NCBI GenBank assembly: GCA_027002995.1
Contig: JALWZB010000061.1
Span: forward strand, 3,000-66,999
Source: Desulfurococcales archaeon
Lineage (GTDB): Archaea > Thermoproteota > Thermoprotei_A > Sulfolobales > NBVN01
DNA length: 64,000 bases
Direction: 5' to 3'
The notes beneath the pieces were generated by a model. That model was not told the origin of the DNA. It saw nothing but the letters and a program-made list of their open reading frames with translations, and ran no database searches. Position numbers and translations under genes: made by a program. Of this stretch, positions 27,486-36,697 are shown piece after piece. How positions within the stretch are numbered: the stretch's first letter is position 1; each line of letters begins with the position of its first letter.

Positions 27486-28052
27486 ATGCACGCACGCATT
27501 GTCAAGATGGTGGGATACTTGAGGTACGTAGGCATAGCTGCTTACTCTGGAAAGCCTCCGGCAAGGCTAGTTGAGGCTGCACGCGAATTCATTAAACTGC
27601 TAAGCAATAGAGTTAACCCTAGGGAAGTCACTATTGTTGTTGGTGGGTATTGGGGTCTGATGCGCGTTATAGTTGATGAGGCGCTAACCTGCGGATTTAA
27701 CGTGCTGGTAATCCCGCCCCTGGAACAGGAGCGTGTTAAGTTCCCTGAGGGAGCCATAGTCGTCCGCACCGGCACGTCCTTCAGGGTTAGGAGCGTGTTT
27801 CTGGTGCGGTCATCAGAGGTTCTCGTGGTTATGAGTGGGGGTGCTGGCTCCATGCAGGAGGCGGTCACAGCTTACACCGAGGGCGTACCCACGGTGTTAC
27901 TCAGGGGGTTTGACATGCCCTCAGATAAGTTAGCCGCGCTAGCCCCTTACCTTGATGAAAGGAGATTAGCTGAGGTCAAGGTGGTTCGTAACCCCGAGGA
28001 TGCCGTGAATTACGTTGTTTCCGTTCTTAGTGGGAGGGTAAGGTGGGCGTGA
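27486..28052 (+). CDS. TIGR00725/LOG-like Rossmann-fold nucleotide-binding protein
   Basis: 188 aa. Motifs seen: VVGGYWGLMRVIVDEAL and VVMSGGAGSMQE. Confidence 0.65.
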   Translation: MHARIVKMVGYLRYVGIAAYSGKPPARLVEAAREFIKLLSNRVNPREVTIVVGGYWGLMRVIVDEALTCGFNVLVIPPLEQERVKFPEGAIVVRTGTSFRVRSVFLVRSSEVLVVMSGGAGSMQEAVTAYTEGVPTVLLRGFDMPSDKLAALAPYLDERRLAEVKVVRNPEDAVNYVVSVLSGRVRWA

Positions 28053-29023
28053 TGGGGGGCTACGTGCTCGCGGTTGATGTTGGCGCCACTAATCTTAGAG
28101 TTGGCCTAGTATCTACTAACGGTAAGTTAATTGACGTGATGCGTGTTCCAACACCGAAGGGCGGCGACCCGAATGCAGTGGCGTTGAAGGTTATTGACTT
28201 AGGGAGGAAGTTAATGGCGAGAAACAACATTGCAAGAGTAGAGGCCGTAGGCGTCGGGAGTATAGGGCCCCTCAACATAAGAGAAGGGATCGTGGTAGGC
28301 ACCCCCAATAATCCCTTAAGGAATTTCAAGCTTAAGGAGCCCTTAAGTAATGCCTTCAACGCGCCAGCCTACGTCGTGAATGACTGTGTTGCTGCGGTAT
28401 GGGGTGAGTACTGGGCTGGTGCGGGAAGGGACGTTGAGAACGTTGTTTACGTGACCATAAGCTCCGGCATAGGTGCGGGCGCGGTAGTGGATGGGCACTT
28501 ACTGCTGGGTAAGGACGGTAACGCGCACGAGGTCGGGCACATCGTGCTTGACCTCAGAAGCGATATACGGTGCGGGTGTGGCGCTAAGGGTCACTGGGAG
28601 GGTCTGGCCTCCGGCAATAACATCCCTAGGTTTGCATCAGTCTTAGCCTCCGGGTGGCGAGGTCTGAAGTCAGAAGCCTACATACTAGCAACGCAGGGCA
28701 AGTTAAGGGCAGCAACTCTCTTCGAGCTATGGAGGAAGGGTGACGTGTTCGCTACTGCTATCATTAAGGAGTTGGAAGTCATTAACGCTGCCGGGATAGC
28801 GTCCGTCATCAACGTCTACGACCCAGAAGTAGTGAGTGTAGGCGGATCCGTAGCGTTAAGGAACCCTGACTTCATGAGCCTAGTGTTCGGCCGCGTTAAG
28901 GAATTCCTAATAAATAGGGAGCCGGAACTAACGTTAACGCCGCTAGGGGATGACGCAGTACTCATTGGGGCAGCATGGATCGCAATTAAGCCTCCCGAGC
29001 ATTTGCTGAGGATTCAGTCTTAA
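28043..29023 (+). CDS. ROK-family glucokinase/hexokinase
   Basis: 326 aa. It has the ATP-binding motif AVDVGATNLRVG and the ROK zinc motif GHIVLDLRSDIRCGCGAKGHWE. Confidence 0.85.
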   Translation: MGVMGGYVLAVDVGATNLRVGLVSTNGKLIDVMRVPTPKGGDPNAVALKVIDLGRKLMARNNIARVEAVGVGSIGPLNIREGIVVGTPNNPLRNFKLKEPLSNAFNAPAYVVNDCVAAVWGEYWAGAGRDVENVVYVTISSGIGAGAVVDGHLLLGKDGNAHEVGHIVLDLRSDIRCGCGAKGHWEGLASGNNIPRFASVLASGWRGLKSEAYILATQGKLRAATLFELWRKGDVFATAIIKELEVINAAGIASVINVYDPEVVSVGGSVALRNPDFMSLVFGRVKEFLINREPELTLTPLGDDAVLIGAAWIAIKPPEHLLRIQS

Positions 29024-29052
29024 GATAAAGTTCATAAGTTTGCCTCGAAAAG

Positions 29053-31512
29053 ATGATGGGTGCGGCTTTGAAGGTTAAGCCTAAGCTGAAGGTTAAGCGT
29101 TGGGAGCCCAGGCTTGAGGAGGAGTTGCTGCTGAAGTGGAGTGAGGAGAAGATCTACGAGAAGAAGGAAATAGATTTCCTTAAGTCTAAGAAGTACATCG
29201 TTATTGACACCCCACCACCCTACCCTTCAGGCAGGTGGGGTGTGGCGCAAGCCGCTCACTACGCGCAGATAGACATGATAGCGCGTGCCTTCAGGTTGGC
29301 TGGGTACGAGGTGCTTCAGCCATTCTATGCTGACAGGAACGGGTTACCGGCAGAAGTAACTGTCGAGAAGAAGTATGGTGTGGTGGCGCATGAGATAGCG
29401 TCCACGCCTGAGGGCAGGGAGAAGTTCCTCAACATGGTTAAGCAGGTGCTCGATGAGTTCGAGGCCGACATGGTTAAGATATGGAAGCGACTAGGGTGCG
29501 CGTTTCAGTACTGGCGTAACGGCACCGACTCCCCAGAATATAGGAAAGTGACTCAAGCAACGTTCGTGGAGATGTGGAAGAGGGGGTTGATTTACGAGTC
29601 ATACAAGCCAGTGACGTGGTGCCCGAGGTGCAGAACAACCTTAGCGGAGGCTGAGATAGAATTCAAGAAAGTTAAGGGTAAACTCTACTACGTTAAATTC
29701 AAGGTTAAGGAGACAGGCGAGGACATAGTCATAGCTACGACAAGGCCTGAACTCCTTAACGCGTGTGCAGCCGTAATATATAATCCTGAGGACGAAAGGT
29801 ACAAGCACCTGAAAGGCAAGCACGCCATAGTTCCCCTCTATGGCCGTGAAGTACCCATATTAGAGCATGAGATAGCTAAGCCCGAATTCGGAACAGGTCT
29901 AGTGATGATGTGCTCCTACGGAGACACCATGGATATATGGTTCTTCAGGGAAATGGGGTTCGAGGCAAGAATCCTGATAAACCCGGACGGCACGATGAAT
30001 GAAAAGGCAGGTTTCCTTAAGGGTCTTAAGGTGGCTGACGCTAGGGAAGCCATAGCCGAGAAGCTTAACGAGGAAGGACTCCTCGTGAAGACCGAGGAGC
30101 TGGAGCACGAGATCCCCGTATGCTGGCGCTGCAAGACGCCCGTGGAGTTCATCCACATGAAGGAGTACTTCCTGAAGCAGATAGAGTTCAAGGACGAGAT
30201 ACTGCGCGTGGCAGACAAGATGCTATTCAGACCGCCTGAGCATAGGATAAAGTTCGATACGTGGGTAAAGTCACTAACCATGGACTGGCCCATCTCAAGA
30301 ACCAGGTACTACGGCACTGAAGTCCCTCTATGGAGGTGCCGCAGATGCGGTTACGTGATCTTAGCGGAACCCGGTAAGTACGTCCAGCCATGGAAGGACC
30401 CGGCGCCTGTGGAGAAGTGCCCCAAGTGCGGCGCGCCTCGCGAGGAAATCGAGGGGGAGACCAAGACCTTCGATACGTGGTTTGATTCATCCATAAGCGT
30501 GCTGTACGTCACAGGGTGGTTAAGGAATAAGGAGGCTGCCCTCAAAGCCCTGGAGCATGCCATGCGTCCTCAGGGCTACGAGATCATTAGGACTTGGTTA
30601 TACTACTCAACGTTAAGGGTCTGGTTACTCACTGGGAAACCCCCGTTTAAGTGGGTCAGGATAAGTGGTATGGGCTTGGATGAGAAGGGCAGGGCGATGC
30701 ATAAGTCGTTGGGCAATATAATCTACCCAATGCCGTTCATAGAGAAATACGGTGCTGACGCCTTCAGGTATTGGGCGGCTGTAGCGAGCAAGCTAGGGAG
30801 CGATTACAGGTGGTCTGAAGCACTGGTCAGGACTGGGCAGTCCTTCGCAACTAAGTTGCTAAACATGGGAAGGTTCATCTCCTTCTTCGAGGAACCTAAG
30901 GAGGGCTTCAAGCTAAGGGAGCTGGATAAGGCGATGATAGCCTATGCCGTCCGCGTAGCTAAGGACGTACTCAAGTGGTACACCGACGACCTAGACGTGT
31001 TCGAACCAACGCGCGCAATCTACGACCTAGCATGGAATGTGTTCGCCTCCAACTATCTCGAGACCGTGAAGGCCAGGGCATACGGTGGCGAAGGGTTTGA
31101 GGAGGCAGAAACCTTAGGTGCGCGGTACACCCTCCACAGAGTATTCAAGCTGATATTGAAGCTACTGTCCCCAATAATGCCGTTCGTAACCGATTACATA
31201 TGGCGGAACATGTACTCAGAGGAGGGAGTACATAAGCAGACAGTCGGTGAGGATGAGCTAACATTCGATGAAGGGAACCCGCAGCTCATCGACCTGCTAA
31301 TGCAGGTGAACTCGGCTGTATGGAAGTATAAGAAATCCAAGAACATGAAGCTATCGGAACCGCTACATGCAGTACTCTACATCCCGGAGGAGGCCGCACC
31401 AATACTGGAGGACCTGAAGACCCTTCATAAGGTAAGCAGGGTTGAGCTAGGGAAACCTGAAAGCTACGATGAGGACTTAGGAAACGGCGTGTACATTAAG
31501 AAACTAGAGTGA
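29053..31512 (+). CDS. valyl-tRNA-synthetase-like class Ia aaRS homolog with degenerate HIGH and KMSKS motifs
   Basis: 819 aa. ValRS-type landmarks are present: IDTPPPYPSG, CP1 editing region ATTRPELLNACAAVIYNPEDERY and FGTGLVMMCSYGDTMD, DWPISRTRYYGTEVPLW, FDTWFDSS, and MRPQGYEIIRTW. The HIGH position reads GVAQ (nt 29239-29250) and KMSKS reads AMHKS (nt 30694-30708). Confidence 0.75.
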   Translation: MMGAALKVKPKLKVKRWEPRLEEELLLKWSEEKIYEKKEIDFLKSKKYIVIDTPPPYPSGRWGVAQAAHYAQIDMIARAFRLAGYEVLQPFYADRNGLPAEVTVEKKYGVVAHEIASTPEGREKFLNMVKQVLDEFEADMVKIWKRLGCAFQYWRNGTDSPEYRKVTQATFVEMWKRGLIYESYKPVTWCPRCRTTLAEAEIEFKKVKGKLYYVKFKVKETGEDIVIATTRPELLNACAAVIYNPEDERYKHLKGKHAIVPLYGREVPILEHEIAKPEFGTGLVMMCSYGDTMDIWFFREMGFEARILINPDGTMNEKAGFLKGLKVADAREAIAEKLNEEGLLVKTEELEHEIPVCWRCKTPVEFIHMKEYFLKQIEFKDEILRVADKMLFRPPEHRIKFDTWVKSLTMDWPISRTRYYGTEVPLWRCRRCGYVILAEPGKYVQPWKDPAPVEKCPKCGAPREEIEGETKTFDTWFDSSISVLYVTGWLRNKEAALKALEHAMRPQGYEIIRTWLYYSTLRVWLLTGKPPFKWVRISGMGLDEKGRAMHKSLGNIIYPMPFIEKYGADAFRYWAAVASKLGSDYRWSEALVRTGQSFATKLLNMGRFISFFEEPKEGFKLRELDKAMIAYAVRVAKDVLKWYTDDLDVFEPTRAIYDLAWNVFASNYLETVKARAYGGEGFEEAETLGARYTLHRVFKLILKLLSPIMPFVTDYIWRNMYSEEGVHKQTVGEDELTFDEGNPQLIDLLMQVNSAVWKYKKSKNMKLSEPLHAVLYIPEEAAPILEDLKTLHKVSRVELGKPESYDEDLGNGVYIKKLE

Positions 31513-32540
31513 CGCCCCACATGAAGGGAGAATGCGAAAGTGTGGGATGCTGGGTCGGGAAACTCCCTAAAGGTTGCGAGCTATGTATGAGAGGCCTCAA
31601 ATCAGTGGTTTTCGTTACGGGGGTATGCCCGGATAACTGTTTTTATTGTCCAATCTCTTATCAGAAAAAAGGTAAGGATGTCACGTATGTTAATGAATTA
31701 AGAGTGCAGGATGAAAGGGACCTAATCTTAGAGGTATGCGCCTGCGGTTCTAAAGGAGCTAGTATGACTGGCGGGGACCCCATAGCTCGGCTTGAAAGGA
31801 CTGTGAGATACGTAGGCATGCTTAAGGACTTCTTCGGTAACTCCTTCCATATTCACCTCTATACCTCGGGAACGCTACTAACTGATGAGGTCATGAGTAA
31901 GTTAGTGAAGGCTGGCTTAGACGAGATCAGGGTGCATGTTATTGGCAAGCGCTCCTGGGAAGCACTAAGGATCGCGTTGAAGTACCCCATATCTGTCGGT
32001 ATAGAGAACCCGGCAATTCCAGGGACCGAAAACTTACTGAAGGACATTATCGTTAGGGCTTACGAGCTAGGTGTGGACTTCATTAACTTAAATGAACTCG
32101 AGTTTAGTGAGACCAACCAATATCAGCTAATGCTACGGGGCATAAAACCTACCGGGGATGGGGTCTCTGCTCTAGGCTCTAAGGAGACTGCCCTAAGGGT
32201 TCTCGGGTGGGTTGAGAAGGAGGGCTTAGCAATCAGCGTGCATTACTGCCCGGCAAACTTCAAAGATAAGGTACAATTTAGGTTACGCATGCTTAGGAGA
32301 GCTGAGATCACGCATAGGGTGTATGAGGAAGTGACTAATGAAGGACTCGTGTTATGGGCGGAAGTACCTATCGATAAACCCGCGATAAGAGAACTTAGAT
32401 TAAAGAACCTAGCTTTCTACGATGGTAACGTCGCACGTATCCACCCTATTATCGCTAGGTCTTTAGGAGGAAAAACTCGGTTTATTGAGGCTTACCCTGT
32501 AGACCCTAGAAGAATCCTGAATACTTGGATCGAGGATTAA
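31509..32540 (+). CDS. radical SAM protein (PFL-activase-related, COG2108-like)
   Basis: 343 aa. It has the CxxxCxxC cluster GVCPDNCFYCP preceded by CELCMRG. The GTG start overlaps the upstream stop (GTGA); an alternative ATG lies at 31521. Confidence 0.75.
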   Translation: MTPHMKGECESVGCWVGKLPKGCELCMRGLKSVVFVTGVCPDNCFYCPISYQKKGKDVTYVNELRVQDERDLILEVCACGSKGASMTGGDPIARLERTVRYVGMLKDFFGNSFHIHLYTSGTLLTDEVMSKLVKAGLDEIRVHVIGKRSWEALRIALKYPISVGIENPAIPGTENLLKDIIVRAYELGVDFINLNELEFSETNQYQLMLRGIKPTGDGVSALGSKETALRVLGWVEKEGLAISVHYCPANFKDKVQFRLRMLRRAEITHRVYEEVTNEGLVLWAEVPIDKPAIRELRLKNLAFYDGNVARIHPIIARSLGGKTRFIEAYPVDPRRILNTWIED

Positions 32541-32690
32541 TGGTTTACCGTGAGGAGCGATCCCCTCCTAAGCGATTTGATTTGAAATGTAAATAGCTAA
32601 GCATTATTACTTATCTCATCAATTCAATTACCGTAGAAGTTATTGCTACGCCAATAATGCTAACCTAGGTTGTGTGAGAGGCGGGACTAA

Positions 32691-33941
32691 ATGAGGGATG
32701 ACGTGAGCAACGGGGCTGAAGGTAGTGACGGGGTAGCGCGTCGCTTATGTAGCTTACCTATTTGCGTTGTTGCAAGCATAGCTGCATTAGTACTCGCAAT
32801 ATGTCTGACCTACATGCCCATGTGGCTATTCGTGAGGCTAGTTCCCGAGCTGAAACCCTTCACACGTCATGTGGCTGAGGTACTTACGCTCACATACATA
32901 TTATCGCTAGCCATAGGGTCAATATTAATCGGTAGCTACATCGACACCGCGGGACTTAACCGGAAGATCTATTTAGTCGGAGGGCTCGGGCTAGCTATAA
33001 CGTTAGTCACTACAGAACTTGCCAGTCCGCTGGATATTAATGAAGCTATAGTTGCTTGGATCTGTCTCGGCATGTTCACAGCCATAGCGCTTTTCAGCAC
33101 CCTCTACCTGATCAAAACAGGAATTCATTCTTGGAATAGGGGGCGAGTGATATCCTCGGGATTCGCAATAGGGGCCTTCCTTAACATTCTCCTGTACCAT
33201 AGCATTGGTTCAGTCACTGAAGTAGCGTTCCTTCAAGCCGGCGTGCTTGTAGCTACGACCACGGTACTATACCTATCGACAAGCAGATTACCTAATGAAG
33301 TTATCGACTCAGTACACATAAGAGACTTCAGACTGTACCTATTCATGATTCCAACATTCATCTTCGCAATGTTTCTGGGGTACCTCTTCAGGGTATTCGT
33401 TATAACAGGTAAGCTACACATGATCCTTAGCACTATGAAATTCGTAAACCTACTTTCACTCCCATTTCTTCTTGCGTTAGCCTCCGGATACATCATGGAT
33501 AAGTATGGACGAAAGGAAGCAGGCATAGTAGGACACATGATCTTACTTCTAGGAAGCGTTACCCTCCTAGCCCACTCACTTTCGGGTGTTTTAGAGAAAT
33601 CACATATCGCCAGCGCCTTCACCTTCGCGTTGATTGAAATTGGCTACGGGTTCATGATTCCTTACTTCATGGTTGTGTGGAGCGACATACCTAGAGAGAA
33701 CCTTTTTGGAAGGGTCTTCACGTTAGGTATGCTTACGGGCGCTGCAGGAGTTGTTGCTGGCGTGTTAATAACTACGCTTGCCGGTAATGCCAACGTAGCT
33801 CTCTCGATCATAACGTCGATGCTCATACCTATGTCATACATAATATTCAAGCTCCCGGAGACCCTACCCCAGGAGAGACTAATGCGCGAGGAAATTAGGC
33901 GTTATCTGAAGAAAGCTTTGGAAGTTGCGAAGAGGAAGTGA
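32691..33941 (+). CDS. multi-pass membrane transporter (MFS-like)
   Basis: 416 aa with about 11-12 hydrophobic helices in a 6+6-like arrangement. No diagnostic motif was read. Confidence 0.5.
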   Translation: MRDDVSNGAEGSDGVARRLCSLPICVVASIAALVLAICLTYMPMWLFVRLVPELKPFTRHVAEVLTLTYILSLAIGSILIGSYIDTAGLNRKIYLVGGLGLAITLVTTELASPLDINEAIVAWICLGMFTAIALFSTLYLIKTGIHSWNRGRVISSGFAIGAFLNILLYHSIGSVTEVAFLQAGVLVATTTVLYLSTSRLPNEVIDSVHIRDFRLYLFMIPTFIFAMFLGYLFRVFVITGKLHMILSTMKFVNLLSLPFLLALASGYIMDKYGRKEAGIVGHMILLLGSVTLLAHSLSGVLEKSHIASAFTFALIEIGYGFMIPYFMVVWSDIPRENLFGRVFTLGMLTGAAGVVAGVLITTLAGNANVALSIITSMLIPMSYIIFKLPETLPQERLMREEIRRYLKKALEVAKRK

Positions 33942-34716
33942 GCTTCTTCACTATCTCTACAAGTATACGACTATAGGGGTGGTTAGGGAAGTCCTTAGCC
34001 ATTATCTTCTCGCCATTATAGAGTAAGATCTCGGGGTAGTAAGGAATGGCTCCCAGTAATTCATGAACCCCTATCGTCTTAGCTAATGACTTTGCAGTGC
34101 TTACTGCTTCGTCCATCGATGATGCGGGTACCTTGTTAACTATTAGGTACACCTTACCCGTGACATCCTTGTATATGTCGCTTACGTACGGCTTACAGGA
34201 CTCCACCTCAACCTTATCCGGCGTTATAACCAGTACGACCACGTCACTACTGACTATAGCGTTAATCGCTGAATACTGAGGTCCTGGAGGACTATCAATT
34301 AACACCCAATCGTAGCCCTTCCCCCGCAACTCCCTTATGAGGGCAAGGAGACGTCGTAAAGCACCCATCTCCCACTTCCTAGTCTTAGTCATCATTTCCT
34401 TAACAGCTTCCAGTGATGGGTCTGAGAAGGCTACTACTAGCTTCCCCTTCACGCCTAGTTTCTTAGATAAGTCAACCAGTATTTCCCCGGTCCTAGCCTC
34501 GCCTTCAAGGTAGTCATTGAGGAACTTATTGACGCTTGGTTTCTTGAGCATGAAGTACAGCGAGGGCGCACGCATATCGTAATCTATTAACACTACCTTA
34601 TATCCCGCATCGCTTAAGAGGTAGGCGAGATTTAAAGATAGGACTGACTTACCGGTACCGCCACGAACTGAGTGGAAAGCGACAGTCTTCATGACATCCT
34701 TAGGCATGATGCTCAA
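33895..34716 (-). CDS. ParA/MinD-superfamily P-loop ATPase
   Basis: 273 aa. It has a deviant Walker A (HSVRGGTGKSVLSLNLA) with Arg where the signature Lys normally sits, then VVLIDYDMRAPS and Walker B WVLIDSPPG. Confidence 0.75.
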   Translation of the reverse strand: MSIMPKDVMKTVAFHSVRGGTGKSVLSLNLAYLLSDAGYKVVLIDYDMRAPSLYFMLKKPSVNKFLNDYLEGEARTGEILVDLSKKLGVKGKLVVAFSDPSLEAVKEMMTKTRKWEMGALRRLLALIRELRGKGYDWVLIDSPPGPQYSAINAIVSSDVVVLVITPDKVEVESCKPYVSDIYKDVTGKVYLIVNKVPASSMDEAVSTAKSLAKTIGVHELLGAIPYYPEILLYNGEKIMAKDFPNHPYSRILVEIVKKLTSSSQLPKLSSDNA

Positions 34717-34727
34717 CCCTGATTAGA

Positions 34728-35126
34728 TTACATTTTCTCCTGCTTCTCTCTGAATTGAGGTATTATGAAATACACCTTACGCCCCCTGCGTTCCTTAATC
34801 ACGTACCCGAGCGTGGCCAGCTGATTTAGGTAAGCTGACTCAACCGCCCTAGCCCTGCCTGTTGCGTTAGCAACGTCCTCAGACGTTGCCTCACCACCTA
34901 GCTTAGCTAGGGCAACTAGTGTTCTCCTCAAGTGATCAGGAACGGAGAGAAGCGTGACGGCGTCAATTATGCCTGTGCTTAGCGCGTCCTCCACCTCGGC
35001 AACCTTCCTGTAGGATAGGGGTAGGCCCTTCCTTATCGCCTCAAGAAGCTCCACGATCTTGTCGAGCTTGCTGCTTATCGCTTTCAACTCCTTTTCTAAG
35101 GACTCTATATCTGCCATACTTATCAC
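34728..35126 (-). CDS. coiled-coil plus winged-helix DNA-binding protein (candidate ParA partner)
   Basis: 132 aa. It has an N-terminal coiled coil (IESLEKELKAISSKLDKIVELLEAI) and a C-terminal wHTH (ATSEDVANATGRARAVESAYLNQLATLGYVIKERRGRKVYF). It ends 11 nt upstream of the ParA-like gene. Confidence 0.6.
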   Translation of the reverse strand: MISMADIESLEKELKAISSKLDKIVELLEAIRKGLPLSYRKVAEVEDALSTGIIDAVTLLSVPDHLRRTLVALAKLGGEATSEDVANATGRARAVESAYLNQLATLGYVIKERRGRKVYFIIPQFREKQEKM

Positions 35127-35261
35127 CTTAACTTCATGTAGACTTTTTACGTAGTAAGTAATTAAAACTTACCTCCGTATGTAAATGGGGTTTTAAACAA
35201 GTGAGTTGCTTATGATGCTTTAGATTTTATGTACATGCGTTAATCACTACATTAACCGGTT

Positions 35262-35948
35262 CTAGCCGAGATAGTTCCTGCGTGGTATGCATGCCTTAAG
35301 CGCTTCTGTGAATTCGTGGAACATGCAGAAAGTAGCGACGACTATTCCATCTGGTGCGCGGCATGTGTTAACGAGCACTGGCAACGCACCCACCCTGTGG
35401 ACGGGGCACGCATCGTACACTGTGTCACCAACCACTACTGTCTCCTCGGGCCCCACGCCCAGCTTCCTCATTGCCTTTAGGAATATTTCTGGGTCAGGCT
35501 TCCCTCTCCTTACTTCATCACCACCCGTGATCGCATCAAAGAAACCCGTGATCCCCAAGTAATCCATTATGTGGAGTAAGAGCCTATTAGGGGTTGATGA
35601 CGCCATTCCGATTAGGTAGCCTCCCTTCTTAAGCATCCTTAGGGCTTGTGTAACCCCAGGGAATAGCGTTACCCTACCTCCCTTCAACTCCTTCATGAAT
35701 GCCCTGTCCTTGACCCACCTTATCTTAGCGTACTCGGACTCACTCACTTTTCCAAGTATTTTTCTAACGATGTCTCTCCCACTCATACCTATAAGTGAGC
35801 GTACCTCCACTTCATCCACTGAAATGCCTACAGCGACCTTGAACGCCTTAACCCACGTGGTGACGTGAGCATCGACGCTATCTATTAACGTTCCGTCAAG
35901 GTCGAAGATGAACGCCTTTACCCTGGGCCTTATTATTGGGGCGCTCAA
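35262..35948 (-). CDS. HAD-superfamily hydrolase (beta-phosphoglucomutase/phosphatase-like)
   Basis: 228 aa. Motifs seen: I FIFDLDGTLIDS, II MASST, IV VVVGDTVYD. Confidence 0.8.
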   Translation of the reverse strand: MSAPIIRPRVKAFIFDLDGTLIDSVDAHVTTWVKAFKVAVGISVDEVEVRSLIGMSGRDIVRKILGKVSESEYAKIRWVKDRAFMKELKGGRVTLFPGVTQALRMLKKGGYLIGMASSTPNRLLLHIMDYLGITGFFDAITGGDEVRRGKPDPEIFLKAMRKLGVGPEETVVVGDTVYDACPVHRVGALPVLVNTCRAPDGIVVATFCMFHEFTEALKACIPRRNYLG

Positions 35949-36697
35949 AGCACTTCCTTCCTCTCCTCACGCTCTCTCCTGCGCGCCATCCGGGTTATGT
36001 GTGCGAGGGCTGCCGCTATGTTGCTCTCGACGGTTTCAGCCGAGTTTAACAGGGATGATGTATCCGTTTCCACCCCTAAATATTTGCTTAGGATATCTAT
36101 CACTGCTTTAGCAGCGCGGTAGTCTGCCTCGTCAAACTCCACTATAGCCGACCATGTCTCGCCTAGAAGAACTGCTCCGTCTAGCCCGTAGTACTTAGCC
36201 CACCCAACTATAGCTCCGTTTATCCCGACAATGACGCCATCATCGAGAGGTGTGCCACCTAACTTGCGGAATACCTCCACTATCTTATTGTCGTTGCCAA
36301 CCACGAAGACCTTCCTTTCCGTACTTACCTCAGGCACGACGAAGGCCGCGGCCGCGATTACGTGACCGTCAAGCCCTCTCTCCGTAAGGAACGATAGGAG
36401 TACATCACAAATTTCGTTCTGTCCTTCAGGGTTCTGTGGCTGCGTGTCCGCAGTGAATATTAGGGCTCTGCCAGTATCATACAGCCTCCCAACAAAGAGA
36501 TCGGATAATCCGTTCCCCTTAACCAATAGGTGTGGCGGGAAGTATGTTGAGTAGAGTTCAGCAACTAGCGCGCCGCCGAGCGTCTTGAGGAGGTAATTAA
36601 CTGAGAAGTACCCTACCCTGCCCATGCCCGGGAGGCCCACGAGTAGTGGCTTCCCGCAAGCGGAGAACTCCTTGAGTACCTTTACGCGTGTGGTCAT
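35945..36697 (-). CDS. PAC2-family (proteasome assembly chaperone-like) protein
   Basis: 250 aa. It has PLLVGLPGMGRVGYFSVNYLL, which is typical of the archaeal PAC2/COG1938 family. Confidence 0.7.
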   Translation of the reverse strand: MTTRVKVLKEFSACGKPLLVGLPGMGRVGYFSVNYLLKTLGGALVAELYSTYFPPHLLVKGNGLSDLFVGRLYDTGRALIFTADTQPQNPEGQNEICDVLLSFLTERGLDGHVIAAAAFVVPEVSTERKVFVVGNDNKIVEVFRKLGGTPLDDGVIVGINGAIVGWAKYYGLDGAVLLGETWSAIVEFDEADYRAAKAVIDILSKYLGVETDTSSLLNSAETVESNIAAALAHITRMARRREREERKEVL

